A stretch of DNA of 61,775 nt, the filler included, from Choristocarpus tenellus KU-1152 (Eukaryota; Protista; Phaeophyceae): NCBI GenBank assembly GCA_964200185.2. It is 9 parts of 9 records of this genome, joined end to end, with 100 filler letters (N's around TTAATTAATTAA, not from the genome) between each part and the next. Parts side by side here need not be neighbours in the genome. Positions count along the whole stretch, not along the records: positions 46,029 to 54,009 come from CAXNAD020005308.1; positions 54,110 to 57,588 come from CAXNAD020019759.1; positions 57,689 to 61,775 come from CAXNAD020016296.1; 6 more parts are not named here. One strand, 5' to 3'. The notes beneath the pieces were generated by a model, which did not search any database, was not told the DNA's origin, and saw nothing but the letters and a program-made list of their open reading frames with translations. Position numbers and translations under genes: made by a program. Positions within the stretch are counted from its first letter, which is position 1. Each line of letters opens with the position of its first letter. Of this stretch, positions 53,247 through 61,775 are shown one piece after another.

Positions 53247-53976
53247 ATTGTATGCCCAGTCCCTGCAGTGTGACCGGCAATTGATACCCTTATACCCTCC
53301 TCCCCCTGTTCCCTGACTTGAACCAGTCTTGAGAGCTGCACTGATGAGGGAAATGTGATTGAAGATGCCAAAGACCGCTGTGATAACGGAAGCATTGGTC
53401 CCCCCTTCAAGTTTTTGTCTTCCCAAACTGGAGCTGGTCCAGAGACAGCCTGTCCAGCTGTGGGAAGAGGTCCGGAGAGCAAGAAGAGCAGTTGTGACAG
53501 TGAGAGTCGCAGCAGCACTGAGACTCTGGAGAAACTGACATGGAGGTTTGTGCTTTCAAAATATGCACATCATGGGCTGGTGGAAGGCCTTAGCTGATAT
53601 ATGAGTACTCCTGTTTTTTCACAACCCCTTGTTCCTGAAAATGGACCAGAAAATATATGGTTGTGGTTTGTGCATGTCTCACCATTATGTTCATCGCCAT
53701 ATATAACAGGTGGCCAGCCTTTGTAGGAAAGGGGGCAAAGGACTCTCTGGGGGTGCCCTTACACCATAGTGTGGTACACGAGAGCAATGGTTCAATTCTA
53801 TTGGCTGCAGGGAAGAGCCAAGTCGGGCATGCAGAGAGTTCCACTCTCAAAGGAGACGAGTCACTGGTGGGTGAGAGACTCTTACAGATAAAATGGAGGT
53901 GGAGCTGCCTTCTGAAAGCACTAAGATTGGAACCAGTGAAGGGATTAATTTCAGTATCTTGATTCTGGCCCATAGT

Positions 53977-54009
53977 GGGTCAAAGTATCTGGGGGGGGGG
54001 GGGGGGGGG
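53977..54009. mobile_element. MITE terminal fragment at contig end
   Basis: GGGTCAAAGTATCT followed by poly-G. Confidence 0.7.
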
Positions 54010-54109
54010 NNNNNNNNNNNNNNNNNNNNNNNNNNNNNNNNNNNNNNNNNNNNTTAATTAATTAANNNNNNNNNNNNNNNNNNNNNNNNNNNNNNNNNNN
54101 NNNNNNNNN
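54010..54109. other. Artificial contig spacer
   Basis: N44-TTAATTAATTAA-N44. Confidence 0.97.
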
Positions 54110-55188
54110 AGGGGAGGGGAGGGGAGGGAGGAGGGGTGCTCCTCCTAGAGATTGAAGAGGCACGGTGGTGGGGGGTTTAAGGATGGTGGAGTTGGGTTGA
54201 GTTGAGTGGCTTTAGACGTGGTGAGGCTTGAGGGCGGAGAGCAAAAAGGGTATTTCAAAGGAGAGAAAATAGAGGTAATAATATACTTAGAGGGATACGA
54301 GTGACACTTGGAAGGTGGTTGGAACGGGGGAGTGGATGGGTGGGTGGGTGGACTACTGGCAAGAAGGACAGAACTCTTTGCAGGTCTAGATATAGCAAGC
54401 ATGTGTGGGGACCGTGATGCTAGAATTGCAGGGGGGTGGGGAGAGGGAAGGATAATCTCCGTTGGATGAAGGAGCAGCAAAGCATTAGGGGCGTTGTACT
54501 AACTTTTTTGTATTTAACTATTTCTCCGTGAGTGAATGAAATACCTTGCGTAGATTATCACCCTCTAATAGCTATATCCAAATGGATTCGCACTACTCCA
54601 ATGAAGTCCGTACCTACCTACTTGAGTACGTGATTGAAGACATGCGGGGCTCTGCCAGACTAAGCAGACCTTGTGGCGTTGCCCTTCTCAAATGCGCCTT
54701 TCAGATTTACAAACTGTAAAAAGAACATGGAGGGCCTATGACAACATTGGAGGGAAAGAGACTGTCATTGCGTGTCTATTATCGGACTGTTGAGATGCAC
54801 GCAATACCTTACAAACTCCCATCAGCTACGGCCCTACCATGCTGTCCTGTCTTCGTCTATACCTGATTATAGAGTTTTTATGCTTCACTTGACTGTGGAG
54901 TAGTTTCTAGTACAGCGAGTCTGCTTACTTTGTGGAGTTCTATTGTGACTTCAGCCAAGTACTCTCAAATCCACTTTTATGCACAGACAGTAATTTGTTT
55001 GCATACACAAAAAATTGATGTCTAGGCCAAGCGTGCTCATTCGAAAGACACGGCATTATCATTACAATATTTGACAAGAGGAGATGTTCTATGGAAAAAA
55101 ATCCTTTAATTATCCCCTTCATACTCTCCCCACTCCGGTCGCCTTGGTTCATGTGTCTGATACAAATACACATATGGGTACGCTTGTT

Positions 55189-55290
55189 GGGTCAAAGTAT
55201 CTGGGGGTGGGGGCGGGTGTGAGGGTCCATTTGGGACCCTTTACTCAGTATGGCGATTTTTTAGTATTTGGTTGCATGTGTCGAATTCTC
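55189..55290 (+). mobile_element. Degenerate B-related MITE
   Basis: GGGTCAAAGTATCTGGGG..GTCCATTTGGG..GCGATTTTTT..ATTTGGTTGCAT; right end lost. Confidence 0.6.
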
Positions 55291-55842
55291 AATGTGTTTA
55301 GACCGGGTTGGCATTAGGATCTATATTCCTTGTGTCCTCATGAACAATGAAAAAAATGCACAGTTTTTATATCGGGTTAGTTTGGTGTTCAGATTAGGGT
55401 TAGATGACTGATATGGTTAGGTTACCACGATGAAGGTTGAGTGTGACACAGAGACGGATTTTGAATAGGGTTCGTGGTGTTTGATGGTTTGCTTGAGGGT
55501 TTGTAGATGGGTATAGGGCAAGGGTCAGGGTAAGGGTCCGGGCAAGTGATACTGGTGGGTGCGATCGATGCCCTTCGTAGAATCAATATAAAGCATAGAT
55601 ATTTGTGTGATTGCTGTATTGTTTTTTTGTGACGAATTGACAGGGCTAGGAGAACGGTTGAACGATTCCTTGCCCTGTGTACAAAAGTGAAGGGTTAAGG
55701 CATGATTTCAGTTTGTGTAAGGGTTTAGTACCAAAATGAGAAACAATGTAAGTATGGTTAGAGCCCAAGTCATGCATCTCTGTTAGGTTAGGATCGACCC
55801 CAGTCCACATTGTGGTGAAGAGTGGTTGTGGTGAGAACAAAT

Positions 55843-56103
55843 GAGTCAAATTATCTTAGAGGGTAGAGTCGTGTCCATTCGGGGGCCAAAACCCAATGTT
55901 GCGATTTTGACGTAATTTTGACTATCGTGTTTGATAGGAAGAGTCAATATCCTTGTTCGGACACACCTTTTCATAAAGTATACATTTTACCTACTCTGAA
56001 ACATTTCAGAGTAGGTAAAATATCATTTTTTTAAAAATGTGGGAAGCGAAGCCTCAAATGGACAAACAGAGCAAAATTCGTACCCTCTAAGATACTTTCA
56101 CTC
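55843..56103 (-). mobile_element. MITE family A, reverse orientation
   Basis: GAGTCAAATTATCTTAGAGGG ... CCCTCTAAGATACTTTCACTC. Confidence 0.9.
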
Positions 56104-56542
56104 ATTGTTGACGTAATCATGTATTGTCAGGGTTGCAAGGTTGGTGTATGTACGTAATGTGATTGCTTTCCGACCGTTCGGAGATAGGAAAGTGACCCCC
56201 ATGATTGAACCGGACCCATGGGTTTATTATAGAGACACCTTTTCTTGGCAGGTATCTGCCAAGAAAAAGTTGGAGAAACAGAGTTGCGGGAAAGATGAAG
56301 TATGGTGTTGGCATGGTGAATGCAACAAGGTGCATACGATGAGTGTTAGTTACGAGATAGAGAAAATAACTGGCTGTGAATGAGAAAAGGTGTGGGCAGG
56401 CCTTGGCGAAGTGCTTGAAAACTTGACCGAAAGGAATGAACAGAGTGGGTTATAAAATGTAATATTTTGTCATCGTTAACATTGGCTTACATACACTTTA
56501 CTTTGGTCAGATAACCAGAACCATCACCTCACGTATCATGTA

Positions 56543-57588
56543 TCATGTACGGACACCTCTAACTGCTCCACATAGATCCAACACCACTGTGAAAAGGCAT
56601 AATCCATCAGATCCAAACTCATGAACACGGTAGTTGGAGAACATCCAAGGTGCAGTTAGCCCGAACTCAAACAAAAGTAACACGGCCTGTACTCGAACCT
56701 CAATCGGAAACGAAGAAGGCTCTGCTTCAACTGATGGGCATGCTGGAATCGTCACTCCTCGCCCTTCTCCCACCAGTCTACGAGCTTGGGGTAAGCCTCA
56801 GTCAGTCAGTGCCATAGGTTCAATATTGTCAAATACCTCTTGTTCCACTTTTCTGGCTTCACGAGGCTCAGGAATATGGCCTTCTTTGTGGAAGCCTTCG
56901 ACATGCTCCACACCCAAGGTCCACTTGACCTTTCCCCCATCACCACCCAACATATTCAGAATTTCCTCGTGTACGTAGCAATGGCCCCCCTGGACGATGT
57001 TCTTAGCCGCCTTGCTGGCCTTCATCTGTCTGAACCCATGGTCATGTATGACCTGACCAAGGATCTGAATTTGCACCCCGTATTGGGAAGATGTTGGTTT
57101 AGTGGTCAAACGGAGGAGTTCCACCACACAGGCTTCCATGAAATCTTTGGTTATTCCCGCCACGATTGGACCGCCAGAGTGGATTGATTGCGGTCTGGTG
57201 CAGGGGTCACCATCGCATGTGGAATGGTTCCCGTCTTCATCCTGAAGTGCGTCACCTACTCCTTCTGTGACAGGTGGATCTCTCTGATCTATACAATTGT
57301 CTGTCGAGGCTGTTTCTGTGTCTCTGCTCAGACAGGCAGAAGCAAAAATGTTGGTAAGGAAAGAAGTTGGCTGTCCTTTATGCTCATCCTTTCCACCAAG
57401 CTTCTCCACTGGTGTGACCCCTCCAACAGCTATTGCCGACTTCTTCTTTCTGGCAGAGTTAGGTTCTATCCTTGGGGGGGATGATTCCGGAAGGAATCCA
57501 ATCATCGATACGGTGGATACAAGCGGGGACAAGTCGGTGGATGTTGCCTCAACAGATAGAAGGGGGATGGATGACGAGATTGGGGGGG
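56543..57588 (-). pseudogene. Long reading frame (about 340 codons) broken by a single TGA; unidentified
   Basis: ORFs 56798-57532 and 56543-56773 share a frame and are separated only by the stop at 56798-56800; no motif recognised. Confidence 0.3.
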
Positions 57589-57688
57589 NNNNNNNNNNNN
57601 NNNNNNNNNNNNNNNNNNNNNNNNNNNNNNNNTTAATTAATTAANNNNNNNNNNNNNNNNNNNNNNNNNNNNNNNNNNNNNNNNNNNN
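57589..57688. other. Artificial contig spacer
   Basis: N44-TTAATTAATTAA-N44. Confidence 0.97.
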
Positions 57689-57708
57689 AGTCTACTCTTG
57701 ATCTTTAA

Positions 57709-57891
57709 GGCTCAAAGTATCTGGAAGGGGGTGGCGGCTGTCCATTTGGGGGTCAATTTCTTCATGTCGCGATTTTTGGGTGATTTGGTTGCATACGTCG
57801 GATGGATATAATGTAAATGCACTCTCCCTTATTTTGACCCAAATAGACACCTTGGTGTAGACCCCCCTCCCCCTCCCAGATATATTGGGTC
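57709..57891 (+). mobile_element. MITE family B with TAA target-site duplication
   Basis: TAA|GGCTCAAAGTATCT ... AGATATATTGGGTC|TAA. Confidence 0.88.
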
Positions 57892-58206
57892 TAAATTTAT
57901 TTTTATTGTCTTCATCACTCCAAAAAAAGCCATCACTGTGCAGATGCTTGCCTTGCCCTGACTGGTTCCTCTTGCCTACAGAGCAGCAGGATAAGCAGTA
58001 CACCATGCCTGATGGGGTGATGGGTGGTCTATGCTTTGCTGTTGATGGGCATAGTACTTTCGAGTATATACTCTTGTCTTTCTCATGCAATCGTGGGATT
58101 TGATTATGCATCTCCTTTAGTGCATGGATTCCTCTGGTCCTGTGGTTGTAAAAATTACAGCCTGCAGGTTTCTGGGGCCGAAAGGTTGCAGACACCAAAT
58201 ATTTTA

Positions 58207-58467
58207 GAATGAAAGTATCGTAGAGGGTGCAAGTTCTTCCCTGTTTGTCCATTTGGGGCTTGGCTTCCCACGGGTTGTTAATGACATTTTACCTACTCCA
58301 AAATGTTTTTGGGTAAGTAAAATGTTTATGTTATGAAAAGGTGTGTCTGGAACAAGGATACTGACATCTCCTAACAATAAACATGATGCCAAAATTACAT
58401 CAAAGTTGCAACGTTGGATTATGGCCCCCAAATGGTCGCGGCTCTACCCTCTATGATACTTTGACTC
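58207..58467 (+). mobile_element. MITE family A
   Basis: GAATGAAAGTATCGTAGAGGG ... CCCTCTATGATACTTTGACTC. Confidence 0.88.
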
Positions 58468-58595
58468 AAACAAAAAGTTAAAGGTAGCATATTATTAATA
58501 TTTGTAACCTATTAAAGCCTCTTGACCAATGAGCTGGGTGTGAAGGATCAGTGCTGATTATCGTTGAATATGAGAAGAAAAGATGGACAAAGTTA

Positions 58596-59762
58596 ATGCC
58601 GTCAACATTTGGAAGATGTAATTTGCAGGACACCTTTTGTTGCGGTGATGGTTTACTGGGTTCTAATGAAAAAGAGCAATTGCAGTCTTGTGTTCCTGTT
58701 AGAGAAGTAGATGACCAAGAGAACTGCACCCCTGTTTGAAAGTGTTCAATGTCTCTCAACCTCGTTGAGTTTGGTGACCATCTCTTTCCCTTCTGAGAGT
58801 CACACCTGGCCAGCGGTGATACTTTTGTGCATCCAATCTTTCCCCCAGGCCAAAACTCGCGTCAAGGCCCGATCGGATGCAAAGCAGAAGTTTAAGAAAC
58901 ATAACCGTTCAAGTGCAGGGATCTTCTGCTCATCGTCGGATGAGCCTTTTGCACACACACATCTCAAGACGTTGTATAGTCGTAAAAGCTTACTCCCCTT
59001 GGCTAGCCTTAGTGTGTCAACATTCATGGCCTCCAATAGACGATCTCAGGTACGGAAAGAAAAGACCATACCTCAAGTTCAAGTGAAGAGCGGGTCTATC
59101 AACAGCACTCAAAGTCTAGGGTCAAAGGAGAATTCCATATGTAGAGATTTCGAAAATGAGTGGGAATCATCGTCAAGAGTGGTCCCATTTAATGGTGATG
59201 TCGAGAGTAAACGTATCAGGGTAAAACCCTTGCAGGTTGTGTAGAGTTCTTCAGCACATTGAATAACAAAATGTGCTTGGTAAGGTGGTAGAAACTACCA
59301 AATATGGCTCATCGTTTGTTAGTAGAATGGCAAAAACTTGTTACCCTAAGAGGATAGGAGTACATAGCGACCATATGTAGGAAGTAGATAATATTCTTCT
59401 CCAGACTACTACTGAAGATTTATCCCCTAAGGGAAAGAAGAAATGGTGGCATCAATTTTGTCAGGAGGGCCTTTTAGAGACAAGGATTGGTCAAAAGTTC
59501 GGTCTGGATTGAGAAATGCTACATGCACATCGGATTTGAATGTAGGGTGAGTTTGAACTGCAGTTAGAATCACAGAGCTGCAGTGTATAGGTTGCTCTTA
59601 TCCATGAAGTACTTGTGCACATGACCATGAGGAGCAGACTAATGGCAAGTTAGGCTCACAAGAACTGAATGCACGGTAGAGATACCAATATAGTATTTAA
59701 TAACCAAACCCACCCCCTCTATGCAAACTGGAAACCAGGACAAGCAATATTGGAGTTAATCG

Positions 59763-59796
<34 letters not shown>

Positions 59797-60298
59797 TTTT
59801 GCCCCCCCTCCCCTTTTTCGTCTTTGGGGTGTGTTGTGGTTTGGAATTTGTTTAATATTNNNNNNNNNNTGCAAACTGGAAACCAGGACAAGCAATATTG
59901 GAGTTAATCGCCCCCCCCCCGCTCCCCCCCCATTCCCCCAGTTTTTGCATCCTCTCACTGTTGGTAATACTGAGGTTAGCTTTAGGTTTAGAATTTAGTA
60001 GAATTGAAGTTGTGGAATTGGGCTGGGTTTGTCCTCCTGGGACCCCAATCAACTCTTTGAGCTCTACAATAAAAAAAGTGAGTTTGTACAGCAAAAAAGA
60101 ATGGACACATCCATCTCATCATCATTATTCTTACTACTGTTTGCATCAGCACTACTTTTTGATACCATGAAAATATTAATGTCAAAAATAAATATTTCTG
60201 ACAGGGCTGTGCAATATTTCACCAGACGTGCAAACCTTGTACATTTTGTCATATCAGAATATAGAGAGGAAGAGGAAACCGCTATACAGCTATTCAAG
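58596..60298 (+). CDS. Probable multi-exon gene of unknown function
   Basis: Candidate exons 58596-58733, CAG|58849-59235|GT and CAG|60205-60298|GT (AVQYFTRRANLVHFVISEYREEEETAIQLFK). More small exons are likely up to about 60640; structure unresolved. Confidence 0.35.
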
Positions 60299-61775
60299 GT
60301 GGAACATCTAGTGATTCCTGACCTAACCCAAGGCCAGTAGTCCATATGACGAGTGGCGGTCTAGGGTATTGGAGCCCATGCCTATTATACCATCACATGC
60401 TATTGACCAGTATTGTCTGGCAGAGTCCATATGTTTGTACTACATTTGCGATTGTTGGCGGGTCAAGGTAGAAGTGGAAGATACCCTTTGCCTTCCTGCA
60501 GTTCAACGTGCAAGTTGTGCTTGATCGGTAGAGGCACTTTCTTGTCTCCTCAACAGATGCTAAGGCTGTTTGAAGGAGTATTTCTGTTTGATCGGTTCTC
60601 ACAGATCCTTAAGACTCCCCAAAGGTGTTCATAACTATAGGTGAGTTTTGCTTTGTTCGCACTAAATGTTCTCACTTTACTTCAAAGTATTGTGAGGTTT
60701 TAGAAACACGTGTTTAACATGGGTACAGTGATATTGTGGTCCATTTTTGAGAAGAAAGAAGCACTATGGAGTCAAGACAACATGAGATCTTTTCCATAGA
60801 TGAGCGAGCCAAAGAATATGTTTGAGGGAGGTGGATCGTGATATTTTTGTTGTATAAAGGGGCTCACAATTTTGATGCCTGCCCCCCCAATGTTATGACC
60901 TCAGCTTAGGTCAACCCCCATCAGGAGTCACTGGATGTAAATGAAGAGACCCTATAGATGGAAGTTTTCTCGGTGGATTGGAGGATGTAGGGATGGAAAA
61001 ATTGAAAACCAGGAACATGTTAACAGAGGCAAGACAGTCTCCTTGACTACAATGGTATCCCCCTCTAGGATACTTACGCTCAGCCAGCCAACACAACACC
61101 AATTGTGGGAAGAAAGGCAAATGACATTTCCCAATGGGGTGGGAACATCAAGTTCAGGTCGTCCATGCCATCAAACCTATCCTTGTAGTTTTTGGGGGTT
61201 CCTTAACCTTTCAACAGACAAACGCTCCTTTCTTCAATTCAGAAGTACAATTCGACAATGAAGAATAGGTGTGGTTTGCAGTGCTGTGCTAAGTACAGGT
61301 ATGCTAGGGCACTTTAATTTAAATTAGTTATGTGGAAGCATAGCTCTTACATTCCTCCGTAAGGGTTCTGGTATTTAGTGGTCAAAGTTCCCATACTTGT
61401 CAAGGTATCGTCGGGTCGAAACCCACCGTATAAACCTGATTTGGATGGTCGTAGTCATACGAACTTCTGTGTACAATCTATTGTCGTGAATAGTGATAAT
61501 TATTGGAGAAATTAATTGAGTTAATTAAATATATTCAGTGTACGTTATTTTTATCGCAATAAAATCATAAAGTAAGACCCAATATTAACCATACAACGGA
61601 CTATATTGGTCACTATCCACAACAAACATACATATTCTTCCGATTATTATATTTTTCTTCGGAGTATTTTTATACTCGAGATGTATCACTTTTGTTCTTA
61701 CCTTGCAATAAGTGAGAGTTTATGAAGAAAACTGAGTTTTGTGGGCGGGAGAATTCTGGTTGGCTGGGGGCACAG

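Noticed and set aside
58800-59036. Minus-strand 78-aa ORF as the real gene
   Set aside because: Its frame is closed by several stops upstream, whereas the plus frame is open with splice sites at both ends.

Overview
This is eukaryotic nuclear DNA with spliceosomal introns, most likely from a photosynthetic, flagellate-stage stramenopile (brown alga or relative; this assignment is inference). The window is not one locus: eight identical 100-bp artificial spacers (N44-TTAATTAATTAA-N44) join nine contigs, so neighbourhood across a spacer means nothing. Genes rebuilt from splice sites are the 5' part of an organelle-targeted DNA gyrase A, the 3' exons of a PLAC8-family gene, the 5' part of WDR19/IFT144, a very large coiled-coil gene head-to-head with it, a complete two-exon TOM7 missed by the ORF track, and a zinc-knuckle-like gene head-to-head with TOM7. 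The non-coding space holds about 19 full or partial copies of related short TIR elements (MITEs). They share a terminal AAAGTATCT core, and families A and B also share an inverted subterminal GTCCATTTGG motif. Family A carries a central hairpin whose two arms vary in concert between copies. Other features are a decayed pogo/Tigger-like transposon, an AT-rich frameshifted fragment of a bacterial-type ProP/MHS transporter, many short interstitial TTAGGG tracts and frequent AAG 3' splice sites. I found no rRNA, tRNA or CRISPR array. I cannot support a wholly new multi-gene system; the MITE set and the bacterial-type fragment are the best leads.
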